A stretch of DNA of 64,000 bases from Thermoplasmata archaeon (GTDB lineage Archaea; Thermoplasmatota; Thermoplasmata; Lutacidiplasmatales; UBA184). The stretch lies in contig JAKAVY010000002.1 of the NCBI GenBank assembly GCA_021827405.1, positions 12,464-76,463 of the forward strand, given 5' to 3'. Shown here piece by piece: positions 45,349-54,502 of the stretch. The notes beneath the pieces are model-generated. The model saw only the letters and a program-made list of their open reading frames with translations, searched no databases and was not told the origin of the DNA. Both the position numbers and the translations under genes were made by a program. Every line of letters begins with the position of its first letter. Position 1 is the stretch's first letter.

Positions 45349-45959
45349 CCGGGGCCGAGGCGGCCCCCGTCGGGGTGCTGGCCCTCCAGGGCGACGCCCC
45401 CGAGCACGCCGCGGCGGCCGCGGCCCTGGTCGGACCGAAGAGGGTCCGGCTCGTGCTGGAGCCCGCCGATCTCTCCGGCCTCGGGGCCCTGCTCCTGCCC
45501 GGAGGGGAGAGCACCACGCTCTCCCGGCTCCTGGACGAGAGCGGGCTCCGGGCCCCGCTGACCGCCGCCGGGAGATCCGGGCTTCCCATCCTCGGGACGT
45601 GTGCCGGGCTCATCCTCCTGGCCCGGGAGCTGGAACCGTCTCCCGGAGGCAAGGACCCCGTGCCCCTGGGGCTCCTCGGCGTGCGGGTCCGCCGGAACGA
45701 CTACGGCCGGCAGGCGGAGTCCTTCGAGGCCCCGATCCCCTTCCCAGACCTCCCGGGAGGTCCCTTCCCGGGAGCGTTCATCCGGGCCCCCCGGATCCTT
45801 GCCGTCATTCCCCCCACCCGGACCCTGGCGCAACTGGCCGGACATCCGGTGGCGGTCCGGGAGGGGACGCTCTGGGGGCTCACCTTCCATCCCGAGCTCT
45901 CCGGGGACCTCCGGCTCCACCGGCTCTTCCTGTCGAGCGCGGGACTCCTGGGCGGATAA
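45345..45959 (+). CDS. pdxT: Pyridoxal 5'-phosphate synthase glutaminase subunit
   Basis: VGVLALQGD...LLPGGESTT...GTCAGLILLA (Cys nucleophile)...HPE. GTGA overlap with hmgA. Confidence 0.85.
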   Translation: MTGAEAAPVGVLALQGDAPEHAAAAAALVGPKRVRLVLEPADLSGLGALLLPGGESTTLSRLLDESGLRAPLTAAGRSGLPILGTCAGLILLARELEPSPGGKDPVPLGLLGVRVRRNDYGRQAESFEAPIPFPDLPGGPFPGAFIRAPRILAVIPPTRTLAQLAGHPVAVREGTLWGLTFHPELSGDLRLHRLFLSSAGLLGG

Positions 45960-45962
45960 GGC

Positions 45963-46367
45963 TCAACCCGGCCGGGAGAGGAAGAGCGCGGTCAGGACCA
46001 CCGCGAGCAGGGTCGCTACCGCGAGCGGGACCAGATAGGGCCACATCTCCCGGCGGTTGCCGAAGACGATGGGGACCGGCCCCAAGAGGAGGAACCCGCC
46101 CACCTGGGGGGACCCGGCCCCCGGGGAGGGACCGGGAGTCTCCCGCCCTGCCGGCGAGGTCCCGAAGGAGAGGGTCAGGAAGAGGAGCACGAAGGTGAGG
46201 AGGAGGAAGCCCACGCCCAGGGCGAAGAGCGTGGAGGTCCCGTACAGGACCGGGACGAACAGGATGAAAGCGCCCTGGGCCCCCCCTTCCAGGAGCGCGA
46301 GGGTGAGCGTCGCGAGGGCCGCGCCCAGGCAGATCCCGGTGAGCAGCGCCAGGGGCCGCACCCGCAT
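45963..46367 (-). CDS. Hypothetical membrane protein
   Basis: 134 aa with 3-4 hydrophobic helices. Confidence 0.35.
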   Translation of the reverse strand: MRVRPLALLTGICLGAALATLTLALLEGGAQGAFILFVPVLYGTSTLFALGVGFLLLTFVLLFLTLSFGTSPAGRETPGPSPGAGSPQVGGFLLLGPVPIVFGNRREMWPYLVPLAVATLLAVVLTALFLSRPG

Positions 46368-46379
46368 CGCCGGTCCCCC

Positions 46380-47465
46380 TTACGGGTAGGTGTCGAAGCG
46401 ATAGGGAAGGAGGGGACGGTCCCCCAGCGCCGCCAGGAACTCCGGGGGGGTGAGGATGGGTCGGGGGAACTGCTCCCCATCGTCCAGGGCGATCCGGGGG
46501 CAGGCCACGGAGACGTAAGCCTCGAGGGCCCTCCCCACCAGGTCCCGGGGGTCCAGGCGGTCGAAGACGAGGATGTCCGCCTCCCGGCCCCGGGCCTCTG
46601 CCCGGGCCTTGAGAGCGAAGGCCATCCCCTGGCGGTTCTGGCCGTCGAAGGAGCTCGCGAGGATCCCCCATCGACGGGCCCCTGTGACCTGAGCGATGGT
46701 GAGCAGGCGTCGCCGGATCATTCCCTCCCGGTCCAGGGGCTCGGAAAGCTCCCCCGACAGGGGGTCCAGGGCCCAGACCGGCCGTTCCACCGCGTAGGCC
46801 AGCCCCAGGGGATGGAAGCGTCCCGTTCCCAGGAAGAGATAGCCGTCCACCTCCGGGAGGACCTGCTCCGCCCCGGTGTAGTTGCACCCCAGCGCCTGCC
46901 CGGCGTAGGCCAGGCGTGGTCCCCCGCGGCCGATCCGGGGGGAGAAGCCCCGCGCCTCAAGCTCCCGCGCGAGCGGCGGCAGAAGGTCCATGTGCTGGAT
47001 GGAACCCACCAGGCCCAAGCGCCGGGGAAGGGAACTGCGCTGAAGCTCCGCGGCCAGTTCGTCCGCCGGCCTTCCCTCCTGCCGCATCTCCACGAAGAAG
47101 GTGGGGAGCCTCAGCGGCATGTTCGGGATGGGAGCGTGCCCGAGAGTGACGATGGCCTCCGCCCCCGGGGCCTCCTCGGGGGAGGGGGGGTCGCAGGCCC
47201 CGAAGCAGGCCCGCACCAAGGTGAGGACGGCAAGTCCCGTCCCCTCCCGGAGCTGGGAGGACAGGGTGCTGGCGTCCCTCACCAGCCCGGCGGGGGTCTG
47301 GAGCACCACTTTCCGGTATCCTCCCGCCCGGAGGTCCCGCAAGAGCTCCGGTCCCAGGGTGGGGTAGACCCGCGCCCGGGGGGAGCCCCCAGGGACGGGG
47401 GTCGGACCCGCGGAGGCCCCCGTCTGTTCGGCGTCCATGACCTTCTCAGTGGGGGGGGAGCGCAT
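46380..47465 (-). CDS. dph2: 2-(3-amino-3-carboxypropyl)histidine synthase (diphthamide biosynthesis)
   Basis: Colinear with Pyrococcus Dph2: ACFGACDP, GRGGPRLAYAGQALGCNYTG, LFLGTGRFHPLGLA, VACPRIALDD (three Cys ligands). Confidence 0.85.
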   Translation of the reverse strand: MRSPPTEKVMDAEQTGASAGPTPVPGGSPRARVYPTLGPELLRDLRAGGYRKVVLQTPAGLVRDASTLSSQLREGTGLAVLTLVRACFGACDPPSPEEAPGAEAIVTLGHAPIPNMPLRLPTFFVEMRQEGRPADELAAELQRSSLPRRLGLVGSIQHMDLLPPLARELEARGFSPRIGRGGPRLAYAGQALGCNYTGAEQVLPEVDGYLFLGTGRFHPLGLAYAVERPVWALDPLSGELSEPLDREGMIRRRLLTIAQVTGARRWGILASSFDGQNRQGMAFALKARAEARGREADILVFDRLDPRDLVGRALEAYVSVACPRIALDDGEQFPRPILTPPEFLAALGDRPLLPYRFDTYP

Positions 47466-47484
47466 GAGGTTTCCCCGCCCCGGG

Positions 47485-48000
47485 TCAAGGGGTCGCCGGG
47501 ACTCCCCTCGCCGGGCCGCTTGCCCCCGGGGTGGGCCCGGGCGAGGGCCGGACGGGGAGGGCTCCGGGGACCAACCAATCCACCCGGCGGAGGGCCTCCC
47601 GGTTGTCCTCGAAGGCCAGGTAGAGTGCGGCCGGTCCCGGGGGGAGCCATTGGAACGCCGTGTGCTCGTCGCTCAGCCGGGGAGGCAGGGGCCGGGGCAG
47701 GCCTACCCCGTAGGCGTGCACGCGCCAGGTACGGCCGTCCCGCCCCGGGAAGGAGAAGGTCCAGTTCAGGTCCACCGGCGCCCCCTCGACCGGGAACCCG
47801 GTCTCCTCCAGGACCTCGCGCCGGACGGCGGCCGGGGGGTCCGGGTCCGTGGGCTCGATCCGGCCGCTCACCGGCTGCCAGAAACCGCCGCGCGCCTCGG
47901 TCCGCTTGAGCAGGAGGACCTGCCGGGGCTCCCCGGCCACCAGGTAGGCTTCTATGCACTCCTGGATCGGAAAGATCACCTTAGGCGGCGAAGCGGTCAC
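47485..48000 (-). CDS. NUDIX hydrolase
   Basis: Nudix box GGFWQPVSGRIEPTDPDPPAAVRREVLEETG. Confidence 0.75.
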   Translation of the reverse strand: MTASPPKVIFPIQECIEAYLVAGEPRQVLLLKRTEARGGFWQPVSGRIEPTDPDPPAAVRREVLEETGFPVEGAPVDLNWTFSFPGRDGRTWRVHAYGVGLPRPLPPRLSDEHTAFQWLPPGPAALYLAFEDNREALRRVDWLVPGALPVRPSPGPTPGASGPARGVPATP

Positions 48001-48036
48001 GGGCTCCGGAACTCCCCCCCGGCCCCCACCGGGGCG

Positions 48037-48432
48037 TCAGGCCTTGCGGCGGGAGAGCAGTCGGAGGATGGCCTCGGCCGGTTCCCCGGAGGTCTCCCGG
48101 AGCGCGGCCTCGGCCGTAGGGCGGTCCACCTGCGCCTGGCCCATGACCAGGGCGATGTCCTCCTCCGGCAGGGCCGCCGCGGCGGCCGGGGCGGTGGGGG
48201 GGGAGGGCGCCGGGGACGATCCCCGCGGACGGACCACCGGTTCGCCGGCGATCTGGTAGGTCTTCACGCCCTGGACGGTGACCACGGTGACGCTGGGGTT
48301 CCCCAGCACGACCTCTTCTGAGCGGCGGCGGATGATGACCTCCTCCACGTCGTCGAGCTCCTCCGTGGTCATCCCCATCCGCTTCATCATCATGCGGACG
48401 TTGCGGTCGTTCATCCGGCCCCCGGGCATCAT
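48037..48432 (-). CDS. nac: Nascent polypeptide-associated complex alpha subunit (archaeal NAC, NAC + UBA domains)
   Basis: MMMKRMGM...EEVVLGNPSVTVVTVQGVKTYQIAGEP NAC domain, with C-terminal UBA EEDIALVMGQAQVDRPTAEAALRETSGEPAEAI. Confidence 0.85.
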   Translation of the reverse strand: MMPGGRMNDRNVRMMMKRMGMTTEELDDVEEVIIRRRSEEVVLGNPSVTVVTVQGVKTYQIAGEPVVRPRGSSPAPSPPTAPAAAAALPEEDIALVMGQAQVDRPTAEAALRETSGEPAEAILRLLSRRKA

Positions 48433-48457
48433 GTTCGGTCCCCTCCCGTGCGTTGCC

Positions 48458-49741
48458 TCAGCGGCCCTTCCGGCGCGACGGAGGGAGGAGCGACCGGGAA
48501 AGACGCTCCTCCAGGCCCGGCTGGCCGGAGAGCTCCACGGCGTCCTCCGGCAGACCCTTGAGACTGGATAGTCGTTTCCCTCCCATCCTCTCCTCCTTCT
48601 CCTTGCGGACCTGCTCGGTGAGCTCTTCCAGCCCCCGGGCGGCCGCCGTGAGCACGCTCCAGTCGGTCCTCTCGGACGCGAAGGTCTCCCGGTCGGTGTG
48701 CATCCTTAGCGTCACCGTGGCCTGGCCGGTGCGCCGCTGGTCCTGGGGGACCACATGGACGGAGAGGGTGCGCGGCTCGGTCAGGCGGGCCAGCCGCTTG
48801 AGCCCCCGCGCCAGGGCCTGGTCCAGTTCCGAGAGCAGCCGGGGGTCGCTCCCGGGGGAGAAGCCCGTGATCTCCACGAACGCTTGCTCCCGGGGCCGGG
48901 TGCGGACCGCCAGGCGCAGGACGTCCCCCTGGGAGAAGAGGGCCAGCGGGCGGCCCTCCTCCTCCACGAAGACCGCGCTCAGCGCGCTCCGGGTCATCCG
49001 TCGGCACGCGTCGCCCACCGTGGCGTCGCTGGGGACCGTGATCGCGGGGGAGGTCATGACGCTGGAGACCGGCGGATTGGGGGGTTGTTCCCGGGTCCCC
49101 CGGTCACGTTTCCCGGGACTGGAGGCCCGCCAAAAGGCCTCGGCGAGGTCCTTCAGGGCGACCGCCCCCACCAGCCGCTCGCTCGCGTCCACCACGGGAA
49201 GGGCGAACTCCTCCAGGGTACGAAGGTCCGAGAGGAGGGTCCTCGCGCTCTCGTTCTCCCGGAGGACCCGCGGGGGGACCTGGGCGGCGGGAAGGACCGG
49301 CTGCCCGGCGAGCGACGGGATCGTGGCGGCGACCCGGGTGATATCGCTCCGGGAGACGATGCCCAGCAGCCGCCCGCTCCGGGGGTCCACGACGCACCCG
49401 GCGCGGCGGCCCGTCTCCAGCAGACGCTCGGCCACCTCCGGGAAGGTCGCCCGGGGAGGGAAGGTGGGGGGGACCACCATGACGTGCTCCGCCTTCGAGG
49501 TCATGGAGAGGCTGTGCCGGCGGGCCATGGCCTCGTAGAGGACCAGCCCGACGAGGCGCCCGGACTGGAGGACCGGGACCTCGTGGATCCCCTTCGCGCG
49601 CATCAGTCCGACCACGGAGGACAGGGGAGTGGAGGTCTCCACCGTGATCGGCTTACCGCTCATCATCTCGGAGGCCCGGGGCCACTCTGGAGCCATGATC
49701 GACCTGTTCGACTGGCCACCTTCCGGGGTAGAAATACCCAC
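48458..49741 (-). CDS. Multi-CBS-domain protein (four CBS repeats)
   Basis: Repeated CBS patterns (HEVPVLQSGRLVGLV, LLGIVSRSDI, LVGAVALKDL, PLALFSQGDVLR). Start may be the internal MMSGKP. Confidence 0.65.
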   Translation of the reverse strand: MGISTPEGGQSNRSIMAPEWPRASEMMSGKPITVETSTPLSSVVGLMRAKGIHEVPVLQSGRLVGLVLYEAMARRHSLSMTSKAEHVMVVPPTFPPRATFPEVAERLLETGRRAGCVVDPRSGRLLGIVSRSDITRVAATIPSLAGQPVLPAAQVPPRVLRENESARTLLSDLRTLEEFALPVVDASERLVGAVALKDLAEAFWRASSPGKRDRGTREQPPNPPVSSVMTSPAITVPSDATVGDACRRMTRSALSAVFVEEEGRPLALFSQGDVLRLAVRTRPREQAFVEITGFSPGSDPRLLSELDQALARGLKRLARLTEPRTLSVHVVPQDQRRTGQATVTLRMHTDRETFASERTDWSVLTAAARGLEELTEQVRKEKEERMGGKRLSSLKGLPEDAVELSGQPGLEERLSRSLLPPSRRKGR

Positions 49742-49772
49742 CGTGAGCGGGGATGGAGGAGGGACCCCTCGC

Positions 49773-50282
49773 TCAGAGCGGAAGGGCCATCTGGTAACCG
49801 CTCTCCCCGTCCGAGTAGTATCCCCGGAGCAGGTCGGTCACGGAGAAGCCGAAACGGGTGTAGAAGCGCAACGCGGTCTGGTTCCCCACCCGGACCTCCA
49901 GGGTCACCCGGACGAGCCCCCGGGCGCGCGACCGCCGGAGGAACTCCTCCATCAGGGCCCGGCCGATGGACCGGTCGCGCCAGCGGGCGTCGACCGCGAA
50001 CATGAGGATCCGGGCCTCCCCCGGGGTCTGGTTGACCCCCAGGAGGAACCCCTGGGGGACGGCGTCCCGGTCCTGGGCCACCAGGAAGCCCTGGGGCCAT
50101 TGCTGGGAGAGGGAGAGGTAGAGGGAGGCCTCGTAGTGCTCCCGCAGGGCGTCAGAGACGATCTCGGCGATCCGGGGGACGTCCCGGGGGTGGAAGTTCC
50201 TCAGGAACACGTCGCGCTCGGTGGCCCGGCGCCCCGGGACGACCGGGCCCGGCGTGGGGGCGGTCTCAGCGATACATCTCAC
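49773..50282 (-). CDS. GNAT-family N-acetyltransferase (RimI-like)
   Basis: Acetyl-CoA motif A region RDRSIGRALMEEF...GLVRVTLEVRVGNQTALRFYTRFGF. Confidence 0.75.
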   Translation of the reverse strand: MRCIAETAPTPGPVVPGRRATERDVFLRNFHPRDVPRIAEIVSDALREHYEASLYLSLSQQWPQGFLVAQDRDAVPQGFLLGVNQTPGEARILMFAVDARWRDRSIGRALMEEFLRRSRARGLVRVTLEVRVGNQTALRFYTRFGFSVTDLLRGYYSDGESGYQMALPL

Positions 50283-51039
50283 CCGCCCCGGGCTCGGAGA
50301 GCTCTTTCATGGACGCGCGCTGCTGGACGATGTTCCGCCGAAGCTCCCCCTCGATCTCCTCCGCCTTGCGACGCAGCGGCCGCGTATCGATCGCCAGGCG
50401 AGGGACCATGGGCCGGAGGATCTCGAGCACGCGCGCCGCGGCCCGGGCGTCCGGGTGGCCCTTGTGGGCCTGGGCCACCAGGCAGAGGACCGGCAGCTCC
50501 CTTCCCACGCTGGCCGAGAGGAGCGCCCCCGCGAAACCGGTGACGAGGCCGGTGGCCGGGGGGAACCGGTACTCTTCCCGGATCCTCGTGGCTGAACGGT
50601 TGCTCATGGCCACCACCCGCACGTCGCCCGGGGGCGTCTCCTCCACCGGCTGGCCCTCCAGGGCCACCACCAGCTTGACCCCCTTCGTCTCGGCGTAATC
50701 GAGCAGGCGCTTCCCGATCCCATTGAGCAGTTCCGGCGGGGGCTGGATGTCCGAGAGGACCGCCACCAGGGGGCTTCCCTTGCGCTCCGTCCCGGGGAAC
50801 TCCCGGCTGGAATAGAGCCGGACCGGGGGTTGGACCTCCCCGGCCTCCATGACCACCGTCGGGGGCAGGCGGTCGCTCTGGAGGTACCCGAGGGGGGTCA
50901 TCCCGAGGGAGTGGACCAGGTAGCTCACGGCCACCGAACCGACCAACCCGTGGGTGGGGAAGCCCACCACCAACGTGGAGCCCCGGAGGCTCTCGGGCCG
51001 GGTCTCCACGATCCGGGGGTCGGACCTCGGCCCAGCCAT
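50266..51039 (-). CDS. Proteasome assembly chaperone (PAC2) family protein
   Basis: LVVGFPTHGLVGSVAVSYLV N-terminal PAC2 signature, 257 aa. Confidence 0.7.
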   Translation of the reverse strand: MAGPRSDPRIVETRPESLRGSTLVVGFPTHGLVGSVAVSYLVHSLGMTPLGYLQSDRLPPTVVMEAGEVQPPVRLYSSREFPGTERKGSPLVAVLSDIQPPPELLNGIGKRLLDYAETKGVKLVVALEGQPVEETPPGDVRVVAMSNRSATRIREEYRFPPATGLVTGFAGALLSASVGRELPVLCLVAQAHKGHPDARAAARVLEILRPMVPRLAIDTRPLRRKAEEIEGELRRNIVQQRASMKELSEPGAGEMYR

Positions 51040-51102
51040 GGCGATAGGCGGGGAGAGGGCGGGGCCTACATAAGGGCCCGGCGGGGGCCCACCGACCGGA
51101 GG

Positions 51103-52125
51103 CTACCCTTCCGACGAGGCCGGGGGGTCCGGCGGGTCGGTCCGGGGCGTCGAGCTTTCGAGCCGGGCCCGGTCCTCCGGGGAGAGGCGGAGAAAGAGCA
51201 CCGAAGAGGGGAGCATCTCGAATCCCCGTTCCGTCAGGCCCCCCTTCACCCTCACGCTCAGGTTGGGGGGAAGGCCGGTCACCTCCAGCCCGAGGCCCCC
51301 GGCCTGCCAGTCCTCGAGGAGCCGTCCCAACCAGGGCCCCACTCCGGTCTTCGGGTCCAGGGGAAGCCAGCGGACCGAGTCCACCACGGAGTCCTCGGCC
51401 CGGAAGACCACCACCGGGATGCCGGCCGGCACGTTCCCCCGCTCCGCGTGGACCCGGGTGATCTCCTCCGCGAGCTGGGTCCGCTCCTCCTCCGCCCGCT
51501 GGGCGAGCTGCCGGAGCTGCGCGATCTCGTCATCCTTCTCCTCCAAGCTCTGGCGGAGGTTCGCCAGGGTCACCTTGAGCTGGGAGAGGTCGGACTCCTG
51601 GCTCTCCAGCTGGTCCCGGTACGGTTCGTGCTCGTGGGCGGGGAGTTCGTGCTCGTGGACCGGGAGCTCGTGGTCGTGGGAGGGGAAGGGATGGTCGTGG
51701 TCGGGGAGATCGTGTTCGTGGGGAGGGATGGCGAGGAAGGCTCCCGGCTCCTCCGCGCCGGGGAGGAGCCCCTCCGGTCCCGGTCCCCCGGTCTCCGGAC
51801 CCTCCGGGGCCCCCTCCCCGGTCTCCGGGGCTGGGAGGGCGTCCGTCTGGGCCTCGAGCTCCGGGGCGCTTTGGGGACCGGGGGGTTCCTCGCCGACCCC
51901 CTCGGAAGGGGCCGGGGCAGGGGCCACCCAGGGGGGGACGGTGGCATCGGGCGCCCCGGGAGGGGGGGGAGGGGGGACCGGAAGGGGGATCCCATGGACC
52001 CGGTTGCGGTGGACGGCCATCATCCGGGCGGGGAGTTCCCGGCCGCACTCCGGGCAGGTGTGGACCTCGGTCCCCGGGGAGGCCTCAGGCACCTCGCCCG
52101 GGGCGGGAGCTCCTTCCTCCGGCAC
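51103..52125 (-). CDS. Hypothetical Zn-ribbon/C2H2-like protein with Pro-rich linker, His-rich HEHELP-type tandem repeats and coiled-coil
   Basis: HTCPECGRELPARMMAVHRNRVHG. Repeat tract HEHDLPDHDHPFPSHDHELPVHEHELPAHEHEP. Heptad-like DLSQLKVTLANLRQSLEEKDDEIAQLRQLAQRAEE. Confidence 0.5.
   Translation of the reverse strand: MPEEGAPAPGEVPEASPGTEVHTCPECGRELPARMMAVHRNRVHGIPLPVPPPPPPGAPDATVPPWVAPAPAPSEGVGEEPPGPQSAPELEAQTDALPAPETGEGAPEGPETGGPGPEGLLPGAEEPGAFLAIPPHEHDLPDHDHPFPSHDHELPVHEHELPAHEHEPYRDQLESQESDLSQLKVTLANLRQSLEEKDDEIAQLRQLAQRAEEERTQLAEEITRVHAERGNVPAGIPVVVFRAEDSVVDSVRWLPLDPKTGVGPWLGRLLEDWQAGGLGLEVTGLPPNLSVRVKGGLTERGFEMLPSSVLFLRLSPEDRARLESSTPRTDPPDPPASSEG
51630..51735. repeat. Imperfect tandem repeat of about 18-nt units (gtgctcgtgg/gtggtcgtgg...) encoding the His-rich H(E/D)H(E/D)LP repeats
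   Basis: Visible periodicity gtgctcgtgggcggggagttc / gtgctcgtggaccgggagctc / gtggtcgtgggaggggaaggg / atggtcgtggtcggggagatc / gtgttcgtggggagg. Confidence 0.5.
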
Positions 52126-52252
52126 GAGGATACCAGGGACTCAAGGGGGGAAAAGTGTTCGCCCTCCCCCGGGGTACCCCGCCGAGGGGGGAGGGGGGGC
52201 ATCCTCGGGAGGGAGCAGGCTTTTACCGTCCCTGCGTCGTCCGTCTCCACCG

Positions 52253-53479
52253 ATGCGCATCCTCATCACCGGGATCGACGGCTACTCGGGTTGGGCGCTC
52301 GCCCTCCACCTGCTGAAGCGTGGTCATACCGTCAGCGGCCTGGACAACTTCGTCACCCGCCAGCGGGTGGCGGAAGTGGGCGGTTGGTCCGCCACCCCCA
52401 TCCCCACGTTCCGGGAGCGGCAGGCCGCCTTAGGGGACCTGGGGATCGGGACGATCTCCTTCCACGAGGTGGACCTGGGGGACTATGCGGCGACCCGACG
52501 GGTGCTCAGGGAGGAGCGGCCGGAGGCGGTGGTCCACCTGGGGGAACAGCGCTCCGCGCCCTACTCCATGATCGACGTCCATCACGCAGTGGCCACCCAG
52601 ACCCAGAACGTCACCTCCACCCTTCACCTGCTCTATGCCCTGCACGAGACCCTCCCCGACGCCCACCTGGTGAAGATGGGGACCATGGGGGAGTACGGCA
52701 CCCCGAACGTGGACATCCCTGAGGGGTTCTTCGAGGTGGAGTTCCGGGGCCGCCGGGACCGGATGCCCTTTCCCCGCCAGGCGAGCAGCTGGTACCACTG
52801 GAGCAAAGTGTTCGACTCCGGGGACGTGATGCTGGCGAACCGTCTCTGGGGGCTCCGGGCCACGGATGTGATGCAGGGGGTCATCTACGGGACCCGGACC
52901 CCCGAGATCACCGACGACCGCCTCCTGACCCGCTTCGACTTCGATGAGGTCTGGGGCACCGCGCTCAACCGCTTCTGCGTGCAGGCCGTGCTGGGGCTGC
53001 CGATCACCCCGTACGGGAAGGGAGGGCAGAAGCGGGGCTTCCTCGCCCTGGAGGACTCCGTCCAGAGCCTGACCCTCGCCCTGGAGAACCCCCCCGAGCC
53101 CGGGGAGTATCGCGTCTTCAACCAGTTCGATGAGGCCTACAGCGTACGGCAACTCGCGGACCTGGTGGTGGCCGAGGCCTGCGCCCGGGGCCTGGACTGC
53201 CACGTGGAGGCCTCCTACAACCCCCGGGTGGAGGCGGAGGAGCATTACTACCACCCGCTGCACGAGCGGCTCCCGGCGCTGGGATACCGTCCGCTCCGGA
53301 CGCTGAAGGACTCGCTGGGAGAGATGCTCACGGACCTCACCCGGTTCAAGGCCCGCCTGGAGGCCCGGCGGCACGTCGTCCAGCCCCGGATGGACTTCCG
53401 TTTGTCGGACAACAAGGCGAGACTGTCTGCGCCCCCCGGTGCCCGGGAGGTCCCGGCCGCGCCCTCGGGACACCGGTGA
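52253..53479 (+). CDS. agl3: UDP-sulfoquinovose synthase (SQD1/Agl3 family NAD-dependent sugar-nucleotide enzyme)
   Basis: MRILITGIDGYSGWALALHL (SQD1 GGDGYCGWATALHL motif), EQRSAPYSMID, HLVKMGTMGEYGTPNVDIPEGFFEV. The track ORF starting at 51263 is an upstream read-through. Confidence 0.8.
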   Translation: MRILITGIDGYSGWALALHLLKRGHTVSGLDNFVTRQRVAEVGGWSATPIPTFRERQAALGDLGIGTISFHEVDLGDYAATRRVLREERPEAVVHLGEQRSAPYSMIDVHHAVATQTQNVTSTLHLLYALHETLPDAHLVKMGTMGEYGTPNVDIPEGFFEVEFRGRRDRMPFPRQASSWYHWSKVFDSGDVMLANRLWGLRATDVMQGVIYGTRTPEITDDRLLTRFDFDEVWGTALNRFCVQAVLGLPITPYGKGGQKRGFLALEDSVQSLTLALENPPEPGEYRVFNQFDEAYSVRQLADLVVAEACARGLDCHVEASYNPRVEAEEHYYHPLHERLPALGYRPLRTLKDSLGEMLTDLTRFKARLEARRHVVQPRMDFRLSDNKARLSAPPGAREVPAAPSGHR

Positions 53480-53558
53480 AGGGCCGCTCCGGGCCCCGGC
53501 CGTTCCTTCAAGAAGGGGGACGCTCCTTCCCTTGCCCCGGGGGCGGGAGGCGAGGTCC

Positions 53559-54434
53559 GTGAAGGCCGTCATCACCCTCGCCGGCGAGGGGACCCGACTG
53601 TTGCCCGCGACCCGGGGCCTCCGCAAGGAGATGCTCCCGTTGTTCTACCGGGGAGTGCAGGGCACGGCGGTCCTGGCCCCGGTGGTCCATCATGTGGTCC
53701 GGACCCTGGTGGGGGCCGGCGCCAGGGAGATGGCGCTGGTGGTGGGGCCGGACCAGGGATGGGTCCGTCGCTACTTCGAGCCGGACGAGGCGTTCCTGAG
53801 GCGGCACCGCTCCCACCCCGAGCGCCTCCGGGAGACCCTCGCCCTGGAGCGCATGCTACGGGGGGTCCGCTTCCACTGGGTCGTCCAGCGTCGCCCCCGG
53901 GGCTTCGGGGATGCCCTGTTACGGGCGAGGGGCGTCATGGGAAAGGCCCCGTTCCTGCTGCACGCGGCTGATGCCGTCCTCCGGGAGCCTCACGAAGGAG
54001 AGCTCCCTCGGAGGATGGAAGAGCTCCGGGAGCGGGAGGGGGCTTCGGCGGTGCTGCTGGTCCGTCGGGTGAGGGACCCGCGGCGCTACGGGGTGGTGGA
54101 AGGGCGCCTGACGCGCGCCGGTGGGGGCCTCTCGTTCCTCGAGGTCCGGGGGATGGAGGAGAAGCCGACCCGGCCGAAGAGCCCGTGGGCGGCCACCGCG
54201 GTCTACGCCCTCTCCCCGGAGATCTTCCCGCTCCTCCGGCGGGAGGCCCGAGCCGGGAAGGAACTGGAGGTCACCCAAGGGCTCCGTGCCCTGCTGTCGG
54301 AAGGGCACCGGGTGCTCGCGGTGCGTCTGCCGGGGCCCGGTCACGCCTGGCTCTCGGTGGGATCGCCGGAGGGGTACTATCGGGCGCTCCAGCGGACCTT
54401 TCGGGAGGCCTCCCGGGGGCCCGCAGCTCCCTGA
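53559..54434 (+). CDS. Sugar-1-phosphate nucleotidylyltransferase (UDP-glucose pyrophosphorylase/Agl4-like)
   Basis: KAVITLAGEGTRLLPATRGLRKEMLPL nucleotidyltransferase G-x-G-T-R motif. GTG start preceded by GGGAGG. Confidence 0.75.
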   Translation: MKAVITLAGEGTRLLPATRGLRKEMLPLFYRGVQGTAVLAPVVHHVVRTLVGAGAREMALVVGPDQGWVRRYFEPDEAFLRRHRSHPERLRETLALERMLRGVRFHWVVQRRPRGFGDALLRARGVMGKAPFLLHAADAVLREPHEGELPRRMEELREREGASAVLLVRRVRDPRRYGVVEGRLTRAGGGLSFLEVRGMEEKPTRPKSPWAATAVYALSPEIFPLLRREARAGKELEVTQGLRALLSEGHRVLAVRLPGPGHAWLSVGSPEGYYRALQRTFREASRGPAAP

Positions 54435-54502
54435 CCGGCCGGAAGAGGGGGGCCCCCGGGCCCCCGGTCAACCTATATCATTCCAACGACTAGGCGACGG
54501 CC

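Noticed and set aside
51263-53479. 738-aa plus-strand ORF
   Set aside because: Only the last 408 codons (from the ATG at 52253, MRILITGIDGYSGW...) are the SQD1-like gene. The upstream part is the antisense of the Zn-ribbon gene, Ser/Arg/Gly-rich.
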